Source of the DNA: Takakia lepidozioides
Taxonomy: Eukaryota > Plantae > Bryophyta
DNA: 64,000 nt
Reading direction: 5' to 3'
Assembly: GCA_030704615.1 (NCBI GenBank)
Contig: CM060731.1
Span: 91,202,001 to 91,266,000 of the forward strand
In this document: positions 39,660 to 52,630 of the stretch, piece after piece
Position numbering within the stretch: the stretch's first letter is position 1
How the letters are laid out: every line of letters starts with the position of its first letter
The notes under the pieces: generated by a model
Seen by the model: the letters and a program-made list of their open reading frames with translations, nothing else
Told to the model about the DNA's origin: nothing
Databases searched by the model: none
Made by a program: the position numbers and the translations under genes

Positions 39660-41074
39660 ACTTCAAAACGAACTTGGTGGCAGTGTGGCAGTCATCACAC
39701 ACCCGAAGATTCTTCACGAGATGGAGAGACATCCGTGCAGGGGTCGTACTCATTAGCCCAAAACCTCGATTGTCCCACCATTGACTGGGGTCAGAAAAGT
39801 TCCACAGCTTCTCCTCGTCTTTGTTTTATGTTTCTGGATATTTTCCTGTTGTCATATTGGCAGTTTCATGTCCAAGTCACTCCAGACTATCAAAGGTTCG
39901 CTCAACCAGCTAACTTGCAGAATTCAACATGAAAATTGGCCGATTCTGATAAAAGGGAAAAACAGCCTTGAAATGTATTGAAGAAAGGGTGCCTTGATTA
40001 ACAGTGCCTGATTTAATCAATTGTGTCACTGCTGCTGCGGCTTCCAGTTGACCATCTATCCATGCAGGTTTCTTGTACCTATCCTTCCACAGGGAATCAT
40101 AGGTAATCTGGAGCACGAAATTCGGCCCTCTTGGATGAATCTGGATCCACACTTTATCCCTGCTCCTATATATCCATGCCTCTACACAAATCATGCATAC
40201 ATCCTCGCCTTGCTGCTAGCAGCTGACAATGACAGCCTAGAATTGCTCCAGCAAACACCCCAACCCTACTTATCACACTAGTTTCTATGCTCAATTGCAT
40301 CTGCTACTCTCTATCATCCAACGGGCGTTCATCTTCTTGCCTCGATTGTCCGACCATGGACAGGGTTAGAAAAGTATTCATTCCACAGCTTCTCCTCGTC
40401 ATTTGCCCCTAGGTCTCCAAAGCCTCCATCTCGTGCCCTTGCTGTCTTGTTCAGCCATATTGTTGAACACTCCCTTTGCATCCTCGATGCACCCACATTT
40501 TGCATACATATCCACGAGGGTATTGTTCAGAATGATATCGGGTACAATCCAGCTCTGAAAATGTCACCATAGACCTCTTTGCCCTTTTCCAGGGCTGCCA
40601 GGCTTGCAGATGCATTGCAAATGCACACAAACGTGATGTGGTCAGTGGGCTTCACCCCTTCCCCCATCATTCGATCATAGGTCTCCAAAGCCTCCATACC
40701 ATGTCCATGTTGTGCATACCCTGCAAGCATCGCGTTCCACGACACCACAAAATGTTCAACCATAGTGTTGAAAACTCCCTTCGCATCCTTAATGCACCCA
40801 CATTTGGCATACATGTCCACCAGGGCAGTGTTCAGAATGACATCTGGTACAATTCCAGCTTTGACAATGTCACCATGGACCTCTTTCCCCTTTTCCAGTC
40901 CCATGTTTGCACACGCATTGCAAACACAAACAAATGTGATGTGGTTGGGCTTTACCCCTTCGCACATCATTTGCTCATAGTTCTCAAAAGCCTCCATCCC
41001 ACGCCCTCATTGTGCATATCTTACAATCATCGCACTCCACGACACCCACATCTTGTTCAGCCATACTGTCGAAC
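39660..41074 (-). pseudogene. Shuffled PPR-PDF-PDF-DYW remnant (copy 4)
   Basis: PPR ORF 40527..40997; DEEKLWNEYFSNP; IHPRGPNF..SLWKDRYKKPAWIDGQL; DEEKLWNFSDPSQWWDNR in frame with the DYW segment GFGLMST..LVKNLRVCDDCHTATKF. Confidence 0.82.
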
Positions 41075-41519
41075 GAGGTTTGCTATTTCATGAGCATGAG
41101 CGGCATGAGCGGCATGAGCAGAGTAGTAACACAATCGGTTTTCATGAGCAGAAGTACAAATTTCGAAAATAAAAAACAATAAAAAACAATAATTTAATGC
41201 AATGTGTCAGGAAAAACAAATATATTAATCGGCCCCTTGAAGGGAAAATTGCACTTTTGACAGTTGTGCTCATGATATTTCGTCTTCCGCTCATGCCAAT
41301 TCCCAGCGACATGTGCAAATATGGCGCCGAATTTCGCGGTAATAGGGTCCGTAACCTGAAAAACGGCGACGTATTTCGCGGTAATAGGTCTCTCTGGCGA
41401 AAAATGGGAACGAATTCCGCGGCTATAGGTCCCCTCATGACAGGTAATTCAGCGCCATTTTTCCAGTGCATGTTCGGACTTAGCCAGTTCGGACTTAGCA
41501 TTTTCAGACGTGCAACTCA

Positions 41520-43545
41520 CCTCCCGCATATAGTCGCCGAACTGGAGGAAACGATAATGCCACCATGCTAGCCAACTGACCATTGCTCCCTCGTCTGATT
41601 TCCTTACAACACCTGACGATGTCCACCAAGCCCGTATGCATGCAAACTGTGTCTCTGCATCATCCAAGGTAGGAGCGCGCTTCCACGCAAGGCACATGGA
41701 ACGGTGCTCCTCTCTGAAATCTGGCGCCACGAGCCTGGTTGTGTACTGCGAAAGGCTTTGCAGAAAATGGAACCCACAAGATCTCTCCTTGCCTTCCATG
41801 GGAACATTGGGGTCTTGCCCGTACACCCTTCGGATGGCAGCCCAATTTGCTTGTGCGTTGTCTGCCATGAAACCACGGAAATTCGGAGGGGGCAATCCCG
41901 CCTTGGCCATCTGTTCGTTTATTCCCTGCCAAAGAAGCATCTCCGATTGTGTGTCCTCTCCTTTCATCTCACAAATAGCAATTGTCATTAGCATCCTGCA
42001 GTGGGTGTCGTAGACATGTGCACCCATTGTCACCCACTGGTGATTTGTAATTCACTTGATATGGTCGAACATGACCAAACTGTTTGACAAGTTCCTACTC
42101 GTCATCCTGTCAACCAGTTCGACGCCGCTGCCAGGTCCACACGTGGACATTTTGAATACGAAACAACGATCTGCCTCAGTCCATTGTCCTGGAAACCTAC
42201 TTCCATGAATGTAGTCATATCCACATCGTCGCTTCACCTCCAGAATGGAGTGCATATCCGAGCCACGCCCAATTTTCTGTTTGCATGAGACAATGTGGTT
42301 TCGGACATTCGGTGAACATACGTGGGACACCGACTCCAGCAATGCCTCCATTTCCTTCTCGTCGAGAGGAACTCTATCGGAGCCGTCTTCCGACATAATT
42401 CTGGCCAATGCCATCTTATGGGCGGCTTGGAGCTGTATCTGTTTGGGTTTGGCACCCGATCTCAACTTAACCTCCTCCTGAACGAGCTGCTCTGCTTCGT
42501 GGGCAGCCTCCCGCGAGTTCCCCCTCGCCAATTTGTGACAATGGGAACCAACGTGTATGCAAGCTGGTGTGAGGTCAGGGAAACGGTGCAACACATAGAA
42601 CTGCTTGGCATTACAAACAGACATGCAGTGTGGTGGTTCTTTGCAATGCGCACACTTAAATGTGGAGTTCGGAACCTTCTCCTGAGCTCGAAATGGTTGA
42701 TGAGCTGTGCCTGTCCAATCGGTCTCGTTCCTGTGACCTCTGGATTTAAAGTGGAAGCAAGTTGGGGAGAAACACCGCAACGCGCCCGCACAAACAACGT
42801 AGCGCACCCGCACACCATCGAGCATCTTCATGCTGGTGGTTTTGGTAACGCACCAAGGATGACCGTCATGTTTTCTATCCATATCTGTCAACATTCCGGA
42901 CGCCCTCGAGTAGTCCGCCCGAGGAGGGAACTCAAAGAAGATATTACCGTCGACGTCGGCGGGAAGGCATGTAACCGATTTAATTGCAAACTTGCTGTAG
43001 TCCAGCCCGGCCAGCTCCGACCGGTGTCCCTCCAGGTGAAGCCCTCGCAGAATTTCAAGAATAGATCGAACTGCGGTGCTCGTGCTGGGAATATGACTCC
43101 CTCCTCCACTGACGTCCATTGAGGACTTGCCTGATCTCCAGGACGACCTCGGAACTTCCATGACCTCGTCTGAGTCGGACAGGTTGTGAACAACCCGGTT
43201 CTGGCTCGTCTTCATGGATGGGTTCGGCTCTGGATTTACTTCGTTGCGGACTTCTCTCTTTGAGGTAGCCACTCTCTGATTCGCGGATTGTTTCGTGGAA
43301 GGCGCCAGGATAGAAGGTGCATTTGGCGGGCAAATAAAGTCCCCAACAGCCCTGTATATGACGCTGTCCAATGGTGGAACTCGCCATTCCCTGCCATCGC
43401 CGAAATCATCGTGGAGCACAACAATACTGTCGACAACAAGGCCGTTAGAGTCCTTCCTTTCCTCCTCCAAAAAAACCGACCCCGGTTTCAGGTGGTATCG
43501 AACGCACAATATTTCTCCATCACCCGGCAGGTGTCCCCTCTGCAC
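41520..43545 (-). pseudogene. MULE transposase with GCM-like N-terminal domain (one in-frame TGA, 3' part deleted)
   Basis: DGHPW..VRYVVCAGALRCFSPTC..C..C..H.H, then VMFDH, FMADNAQA and CGFH. ORFs 42052..43545 and 41449..42033 share one frame across a TGA at 42052-42054. Confidence 0.8.
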
Positions 43546-43899
43546 GGAAATGAAGCTCTATGCTCGTGAGGAGGGCAGTACACTGTAGCGCTCGGGTTTT
43601 CCGCCATGGGAGATGTGCACACAAGACTCCCAGGATGGAGTGCGGGGAAGCTCCCTGGTAGAAGGGGGATGCAGCGATGGGAATGAATGCGATGCCGATT
43701 TGTCCGAGCGACGAAGCCTGATCCAAATCCAGGGAGCCAACTATCTCAAAAATCCACAGTCAGAGTGTTAATGAACCTTGTCTCCGGAATGCGGCCCCTG
43801 GTCTTTGCGCAATAACTGCCAACGGTATGCAGTCAGAAAGTGGGGGCCGTCCGGATGATGACGGCTGAAGGGGAGAAGCCGGCACCGTGCCGTCACATT

Positions 43900-46440
43900 A
43901 CTACCCCCGAATGGAAATTCGGCACCCAATATCCAACAGGGGAAGCCCGGATGAAGTCGCCTCGGGCGCAGAGGCCGGCGCGTGTGCGACAGAGAACATC
44001 CCCTGGATGGAGATTCGGCGCCGAATTTCCATCCAGCAGGTAAAGGAAGTCGTGTCGGGGGGTCAGGCCGAAAACTGGCCGGCATAAAAACATCCCCAGA
44101 TGGAAAAACGGCGCCGAATTTCCATCCGGGGCGGTTCGGATGCAGTCGGGGAGGGGGGAGAGGCCGGCACTTGGCCGTCACATTTCAACCCCCGGACGGA
44201 AATTCGGCACCGAATATCGAACAGGGGACGCCCGGATGAAGTCGCCTCGGGCGTAGAGGTCGGCACGTGTTCGACAGAGAGCATCCCTTGGATGGAGATT
44301 CGGCGCCGAATTTCCATCCGGGCCCCCCCAAGGAAGTCTTGTCGGGGTGTCAGACTGAAAACTGGCCGACATAAAAACCTCCCCAGATGGGAAAACGGCG
44401 CCGAATTTCAATCCGGGGCCATTCCAATGCGGTTGGGGAGGGGGGAGAGGTCGGCACCTGGCCGTTATATTTCAACCGCCGGACGGAAATTCGGCACCGA
44501 ATATCCAACAGAGCGGCGGAGAGGCCGGCACCTCTCCGACAGAGACCAGCCCCCGGATGGAAATTCGGCGCCGAATTTCCACCCAGCAGGTAAGTGCAAT
44601 CCCGGATGGATGGAAATCCGGCGCCGAATTTCCATCCAGCAGGTAAGTGAAATCCCGGATCGATCGAAATCCGGCGCCGCATATCCATCCTGCAGGTAAT
44701 TCGAATCCCGGATGGATGGAAATTCGGCACCGAATTTCCATCCAGCAGGTAAGTTGAATCCCGGATGGATGGAAATCCGGCGCCGAATTTCCATCCAGCA
44801 GGTAAGTGAAATCCCGGATCGATCGAAATCCGGCGCCGCATATCCATCCTGCAGGTAATTCGAATCCCGGATGGATGGAAATTCGGCGCCGAATTTCCAT
44901 CCAGCAGGTAAGTTGAATCCCGGATGGATAGAAATCCGGCACCGAATTTCCATCCAGCTGGTAAGTCGGATCGCTGGCGTATGGATATTCGGCGCCGAAT
45001 TTCCATTAGGCAGGTATTTCATCGCTGAGAATTACCTTCCTGCAGGTAATTCTGATCGATGAATTACCTTCCTGCAGGTAATTCTCAGCGATGAATTACC
45101 TTCCTGCAGGTAATTCTTATCGACGAAGGTAGGAAGGTAATTCCTCGCTCAGAATTACCTGCAGGAAGGTAATTCATCGCTGAGAATTACCTACAGGAAG
45201 GTAATTCATTGATCAGAATTACCTGCAGGAAGGTAATTCTCAGCGATGAAATACCTGCAGGATGGAAATTCGGCGCCGGATTTCGATCCATCCGGGATTC
45301 CAGTAACCTGCTGGATGGAAATGCGACGCCGAATTTCCATCCATCCGGGATTCGAATTACCTGCTGGACGGAAATCCGGCGCCGAATTTCCAATCATCCG
45401 GGATTCCACTTACCTGCTGGATGGAAATCCGGCGCCGAATTTCCATCCATCCGGGATTCGAATTACCTGCAGGATGGAAATCCGGCGCCGAATTTCCATC
45501 CATCCGGGATTCGAATTACCTGCAGGATGGAAATCCGGCGCCGAATTTCCATCCATCCGGGATTCGAATTACCTGCAGGATGGAAATCCGGCGCCGAATT
45601 TCCATCCATCCGGGATTCGAATTACCTGCAGGATGGAAATCCGGCGCCGAATTTCCATCCATCCGGGATTCGAATTACCTGCAGGATGGAAATCCGGCGC
45701 CGGATTTCCATCCATCCGGGATTCGAATTACCTGCAGGATGGAAATCCGGCGCCGGATTTCCATCCATCCGGGATTCGACTTACCTGCAGGATGGAAATC
45801 CGGTGCCGGATCTCCATCCATCCGCTCTCCGACCAACCTTGCGGATGGAAATCCGGTGCCGAATTTCCATCCATCCGCTCTTCCAATTACCTGCATGACG
45901 GAAATTTTGCGCGCCGACCTAGCTGGCGGATGGAAATTCGGCGCCGGATTTCCATCCATCCGCTCTTGGAATTACCTGCATGACTGGAAAAATGGCGCCG
46001 AATTTCCGATTTTGGTGCAAGTCAGATCTGGGACTTAGCCATTTTCGGCCCCGAAATGGAAAAATGGCGCCAAAAAAAAAAAAAAAAAAAAAAAAAAAAC
46101 GCCATTTTTCCATGTCGGGGCCGAAAACGGCTAAGTCCCAGATCTGACTGGCACCCAAAATCGGAAATTCGGCGCCATTTTTCCAGTCATGCAGGTAATT
46201 CCAAGAGCGGATGGATGGAAATCCGGCGCCGGATTTTCATCCATCCGCTCTTCGAATTACCTGCACGACGGAAATTTTGCGCGCCGACTTACCTGGTGGA
46301 TGGAAATCCGGCGCCGGATTTCCATCCATCCGCTCTTGGAATTACCTGCATGACTGGAAAAATGGCGCCGAATTTCCGATTTTGGTGCAAGTCAGATCTG
46401 GGACTTAGCCATTTTCGGCCCCGAAATGGAAAAATGGCGC

Positions 46441-46472
<32 letters not shown>

Positions 46473-46813
46473 GCCATTTTTCCATGTCGGGGCCGAAAAC
46501 GGCTAAGTCCCAGATCTGACTGGCACCCAAAATCGGAAATTCGGCGCCATTTTTCCAGTCATGCAGGTAATTCCAAGAGCGGATGGATGGAAATCCGGCG
46601 CCGGATTTTCATCCATCCGCTCTTCGAATTACCTGCACGACGGAAATTTTTTCGCGCCGACCTAGTTGGCGGATGGTAATCCGGCGCCGGATTTCCATCC
46701 ATCCGCTCTTCGAATTACCTGCATGACTGGAAAAATGGCGCCGAATTTCCGATTTTGGTGCAAGTCAGATCTGGGACTTAGCCATTTTCGGCCCCGAAAT
46801 GGAAAAATGGCGC

Positions 46814-46853
<40 letters not shown>

Positions 46854-47750
46854 GCCATTTTTCCATGTCGGGGCCGAAAACGGCTAAGTGCCAGATCTGA
46901 CTGGCACCCAAAATCGGAAATTCGGCGCCATTTTTCCAGTCATGCAGGTAATTCCAAGAGCGGATGGATGGAAATCCGGCGCCGGATTTTCATCCATCCG
47001 CTCTTCGAATTACCTGCATGACGGAAATTTTGCGCGCCGACTTACCTGGTGGATGGAAATCCGGCTCCGGATTTCCATCCATCCGCTCTTGGAATTACCT
47101 GCATGACTGGAAAAATGGCGCCGAATTTCCGATTTTGGTGCCAGTCAGATCTGGGACTTAGACATTTTCGGCAACGAAATGGAAAAATGTCGCCGAAAAA
47201 AAAAAAAAAAAAAAAAAAACGCCATTTTTCTTGTTAGGGGCCGAAAACGGCTAAGTCCCAGATCTGACTGGCACCCAAAATCGGAAATTCGGCGCCATTT
47301 TTCCAGTCATGCAGGTAATTCCAAGAGCGGATGGATGGAAATCCGGCGCCGGATTTTCATCCATCCGCTCTTCGAATTACCTGCATGACGGAAATTTTGC
47401 GCGCCGACCTAGTTGGCGGATGGTAATCCGGCGCCGGATTTCCATCCATCCGCTCTTCGAATTACCTGCATGACTGGAAAAATGGCGCCGAATTTCCGAT
47501 TTTGGTGCCAGTCAGATCTGGGACTTAGCCATTTTCGGCCCCGAAATGGAAAAATGGCGCCGAAAATAAAATAAAAAGAAAATAAAAAGAAATAAATAAA
47601 CGCCATTTTTCTTGTTCGGGGCCGAAAACGGCTAAGTCCCAGATCTGACTGGCACCCAAAATCGGAAATTCGGCACCATTTTTCCATTTCTGGGCCCAGT
47701 CAGATCTGGGACTTAGCCATTTTCGGCCCCGAACTGGATAAATCGCGCCG

Positions 47751-47787
<37 letters not shown>

Positions 47788-47930
47788 GATATTTTTCTAG
47801 TTCCGGGCCGAAAACGGCTAAGTCCCAGATCTGACTGGCACCCAAAATCGGAAATTCGGCGCCATTTTTCCAGTTTGCCCAGTCAGATCTGGGACTTAGC
47901 CATTTTCGGCCCCGAACAGGAAAAATGGAA
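43900..47930. repeat. Palindrome-based satellite inside the MULE (30-bp palindrome, 56-bp tandem array, ~370-400-bp polyA-containing units)
   Basis: GGATGGAAAT(T/C)CGGCGCCGAATTTCCATCC repeated many times; 56-bp tandem array at 45420-45790; inverted arms around ~45133. Confidence 0.9.
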
Positions 47931-48904
47931 GTTGAAGACTCCCACAAGCTGAAACCATACTCCACACATGCACCACTTGCTTCCTTAACACCCGAGCTCT
48001 TCTTGAACTCCTCAAACCCTGCAACACTTGCAGAACAAGAGCTTCTTCACAAGCTCTCAAACTTTCAATGATGCTCTTCTTGAAGACCTCCTCTTGTACA
48101 TAAACACCACAAGACTTTCTTCTTGCAAACCCTGCAACAGCTTGTAACTTAAGAGCTATCTATCAAGCTCTTTTCCACACACAAGTGTTAACTATGCTAA
48201 CACCTTGCACTTATAGATGTAAGCAGGTCTTCTTCTAGTGATACGGAAATGGTGAAAAGAGGAGAAACCATTCTATCATGTTATATAAGTCAAGCCAATG
48301 GCACCTTTGCTAAAAGACTCCACCATACAGACCTCACCCACTCTCCATCTCAAGTACTAGAGCGAGTTCAATTGGCTCAACTTTTGTTTGACCACATGTT
48401 TTTTGAAAGCAGAGGCATAGCCAGTGGGTACTTTCAGGGCCGAAAATGGCTAAGTCCCTAGAGTGGCTGGCACCAAAATCGGAAATTCGGCGCCATTTTG
48501 CCAGTTCCGGGCCCAGTCAGATCTGGGACTTAGCCATTTTAGGCCCCGAACTGGTAAAATGGCACCGAAAAAAAAAAAAAAAAAAAAAAAAAAAACGCCA
48601 TTGTTCTAGTTCGGGGCCTAAAATGGCTAAGTCCCAGATCTGACTGGCACCAAAATCGGAAATTCGGCGTCATTTTTCCAGTTCCGGGCCTAGTCAGATC
48701 TGGGACTTAGCCATTTTCGGCAAGTAAATGCAATAAAATGTTGCATTTCAAGTCCACTGGTGCCACATTCCAACTTCACATGACCCTATTTCCGTGCCTC
48801 CTAACCCTATTTCCGTGGACTTACAATGGTCTGCTCATGTTTTTTTTTTTTCTGCTCATGCTCATGCCGCTCATGCTCATGCCGCTCATGAAATAGCAGC
48901 CCCC

Positions 48905-48985
48905 CTGTCGAACACTCCCTTCATACATGTCCACGAGGCTATAGTTCAGAGTGACATGTGGTACAATTGCAGCTCTGACAAGCAT
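48905..48985 (-). pseudogene. Continuation of the PPR fragment split by the MULE
   Basis: VRAAIVPHVTLNYSLVDMYEG, continuous with 41040-41074 across the TSD. Confidence 0.75.
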
Positions 48986-49374
48986 GGTCTCAGGCTTCAG
49001 CAGAACACGAGTAATAGGCAGTTGTGGTAATTCACCGTCCCGTGCCACAAAGGGTACATCTGACAGGGAAGCTGAAATATAACAACTTGCACAAGCAAGC
49101 TCAAGAATTAAAAAACCACTTATAGGGCAGTGTAGACACACTTTGTAGAGCTATCTGGCTATGTGATAGTTATGATACGCATCACTCTAGAGTCAATTGG
49201 CACTAAACAGATATGTATCTGAAAGCCTGATGACCATCATAAAACCTCCATTGCCTCTGCAACAAAATGTAACCTTTTCTAGATAAAGTTTGATGTAAGG
49301 CCCTAGAGTAAGTGAGCGCTCAGGTGGGGGGCACAAGATGATAATAGTTTATAAGAAAAGAACTACAAGATTAC

Positions 49375-50946
49375 CTTTTCAGGAGGGGAAGGACATTTAT
49401 GATGTACCACTCAGGAGAAGCCTGCACAGGGGCATGCTTGACACGTGTAGCATGAAACCCAGTGCCATAGTATTCACGAGTGCTCCATTCAAACTCTGAG
49501 GCAGCTCGGTGACAATGTACATATCATGGGCCAGGGAATGTGTGAAATGTTCCACATCAAATATGACTGCAAAAGAGCTGCACCACCAGTCACTTTCTCT
49601 CTATCCTTTATAAGACCGTCTTCATTTCGCTCTGAAGAGCGGGGTTGCGCTAGAGTGAAAGGTTTCCACTAGCAAACAAGGACCATGAAGAACTTTTCTT
49701 TAACCACTGAATCTTTTTATTGACTGGACAACAAACACTGACCAATTGAAGTTAGAAAGAAAGTTCCATGCAATGCACACACTATGGACTGAAGTTGAGA
49801 CAAGAGCCTGCCAACAGCCTGGCAAGTTGTACACACCTGGAGTCCTGCCACACTGAGTTCACATCAAACTGTGGGAGTAGAAGGCTTGCATTCAAAATCT
49901 TTGCAAGAGCTATTGTATCACAAATCTGCAGCACACCAACACAGGGATGATTGTCTCTGGATCCGACCACTCCTCATCGCAAAAATTCAGTGCCTTAAAC
50001 TATGAGACTTCATCTGCTCCGAACAACAGCTCTGATGAAATGTGGAACTTTAATTCACATAGAACCATGGTAAGATGCTTTATTCACTGAAGTGATGTAG
50101 ATGGCACAGACAGAATGGATAACAAAAGATCTCACCCCCATACGTTGTTGATTGAGGCCACCTTCCAGGAAGACTTGCAAGTAACCATTTACCTCCACCG
50201 GCAGAGCTACACCAATGAAAGACAATTTACTTCCAAAATGCCAAAATAGGCATATTTCCAAGGAAAAAAACCATCTCTAAATTTCAGGAACTAGGTCCTA
50301 AGTCTCAAGTAGCATAGTCTGTGGAGAAAAACAGCTCTAAGCAGTGAAAGTTATACGCAAGGTCAAAACTTACAAGGTTGATCAATCTTATGAGTGCAAG
50401 GCTCCCACCCTCCATGATCAGACGAGTCCCACAAGTGTTCAGGCACCTTTACATTCTGCAACAACAGGAAGGTCAGGGAGTGAGACACTACTTATAGAGA
50501 GAAATCAATCTGGTGCATAAAAGCCTGAGAGAAATGAATGATAAGAAAAGTTAACCATGGATCTAACCACAGTGAAAGTTCTAGAGAGATACCCACCGGT
50601 TGGACATCGCTATCACTTTTACATGTGCAAAGAGTTGCAAATAACAAGATCAAGATATGTGGGGTGGCACCATCATCAAAGATGGACATTTTTAGGCATT
50701 TCACGCATTAGTGCAAAGTTCAAAAAGTCTCATCTCACAATATCATCTGAAGGAATTGGTGCAGCTTGCAGTTTCTGGCAGCAATCAGATGTTATTTATG
50801 CTTACACACCTACACATCTCAGCTACAATTAGAGCCCATAAATTTGAGAACCAAGGATGTCTCATCCAAACAGAGACACTTACAGGCCACGTCTTGGCAC
50901 GAGAATCCATAAGAGCAACATGCCTAGCTTTTGGAGACTCCCATTC
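49375..50946 (-). pseudogene. O-fucosyltransferase family gene fragment (5 internal exons with introns)
   Basis: EWESPKARH; LWDSSDHGGWEPC; NGYLQVFLEGGLNQQRMG; ICDTIALAKILNASLLLPQFDVNSVWQDS; IFDVEHF..WSTREYY..APVQASPEWY. First and 3' exons are absent; 1-bp frameshift near 49497. Confidence 0.85.
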
Positions 50947-50967
50947 CTGAAAATCAACCACAAGGCC

Positions 50968-52560
50968 TCAACCTAGGGAAAAGAGGGAAAAACAGGGTGA
51001 AATGTGTTGAAGAAGGTTGCCTTCATTAGCAGTGCCTAATTTAATCAATTGTGCCGCTGCTGCTGCGGCTTCTAGTTCACCATCTACCCATGCAGGTTTC
51101 TTGTAGCAATGGATCCACAGGGAATCATAGGTGATCTTGTGCTTGAAATCCGGCCCTCTTCCAGCAAACACCCCAACCCTAATGATGAGAGGGCAAAACA
51201 GACTGAAATAGTTTGAAGAAAATGGTGCCCTCACCAATTTAGGGCCGATTCTTATAAGAGGGAAAAACAGGGTGAAATGTGTTGAAGAAGGTGCCTTGAG
51301 TAGCAGCACTTGCCCGATTTTATCAATTGTGCCGCTGCTGTTGCGACTTCCAGTTGACCATCTACCCATGCAGGTTTCTTGTAGCTATCCTTCCACAGGG
51401 AGTCATAGGTAATCTGGAGCTTGAAATCCGGCCCTCTTGGATGAATCTGGACCCACACTCTATCCCTGCTCCTTCAGTTATCCATGCCTCTGCACAGATC
51501 ATGCATACAATATCCTTGCCTTGCTGCTAGCAGCTAACAATGACAGCCTAGAATTGTTCCAGCAAACAACCCAACCCTACTTATCACACTAGTCCCTATG
51601 CCGACTTGCATCTGCTTCCAGCAGACATTCACCACGGCGCAGCTGAGCGGGTAGAGATTGAAACGCGGTCTGCTAAGACCAAGCTGACTCTCCCAAGAAC
51701 CTTGTAAACATCAGAAAGAATACCAAATCCCGGTACTAACAGGAGCCAAGAGCCCACATTTGCAGGATGGACAAACTTCTTCACACCGTACATTGAGAAA
51801 AAGGCAAACCTTGCTATTGCGGTTCTCCCACCTCGTGAAGGATCTTTAAAAAACTCATGCGAGCTCTGCTCCGTGCTCCAAGGTAGAGGTTTGTGATCAA
51901 AAATCCGACAGCATCAACATGTTGACATGGTCTTTTACTGAGGGGTGCTAGTGAGCTTTCAACAACATTCATGCAAGTTGTTTTGGGCTCCATTGGGCTC
52001 TACACGATGAGGAACAACGAACTCCAAACTCTGCTCAAGAAATAACGTAATGTCCTGTAAAAAACTCATGCCAGCTCTGCTCCACCGAGCAATCCAGGGC
52101 CGAGTCTGATGAGAGGGAAAAAAAGGCTGAAACAGGTCGAAGAAGAATCAGGCTCGTACACGCATTGCATCTACAAACGAACGTGACCAAGTCTGCCTTT
52201 ACCCCTTCCCGCATCATTTGCTCATAGGTCTCCAATGCCTCCATCCCGCATCCCTGCTCTGCATATCCCGCGATCATCGCACTCTAGGACACGACATTTT
52301 GTTCAGCCGTATTCTCAAACACTCCCTTTGTATCCTCAATATTGCCACATTGTCCACGAGGGCATTGTTCATAATGACATCGGGTACAATTCCAAATTTG
52401 ACAATGGCACCATGGACCTTTTACCCTTTCCTAGGCTGCCAGGCTCGCACAAGCATTGCAAACACAAACGAATGTGACCCGGTCCGGCTTCACCCTTCCC
52501 GCATTATTTGCTCATACGTCTCCGAAGCCTCTATACCACCTCACGTTGTGCATATCCTCG
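50968..52560 (-). pseudogene. Shuffled PPR / PDF remnant (copy 5), contains a canonical PDFKHK
   Basis: PPR at 52150-52560; SVEQSWHEFF; HEFFKDPSR..ENRNSK|gt; IHPRGPDFKLQITYDSLWKDSYKKPAWVDGQL; RGPDFKHKITYDSLWIHCYKKPAWVDGEL. Confidence 0.82.
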
Positions 52561-52630
52561 GTGTGCCTATGCTCTTTCCTGCCCAAACGACATCCTCTCC
52601 CCTCAAAGCTTTCAGGATCTCCTCTGTGAA

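Larger units (their letters stand above)
41075..48904 (-). mobile_element. Mutator-like element (7.8 kb) with both TIRs and 9-bp TSD, inserted in a PPR pseudogene
   Basis: TSD CTGTCGAAC at 41066-41074 and 48905-48913. G-starting TIRs (G....TGCTATTTCATGAGC + CATGAGC repeats). PPR sequence is contiguous across the insertion. Confidence 0.9.

Noticed and set aside
45420-45790. CRISPR-like palindromic repeat array
   Set aside because: Units are identical with no unique spacers, there are no cas genes, and the array lies inside a eukaryotic transposon.
44063-47965. Long overlapping ORFs in several frames
   Set aside because: Artefacts of stop-poor palindromic tandem repeats.
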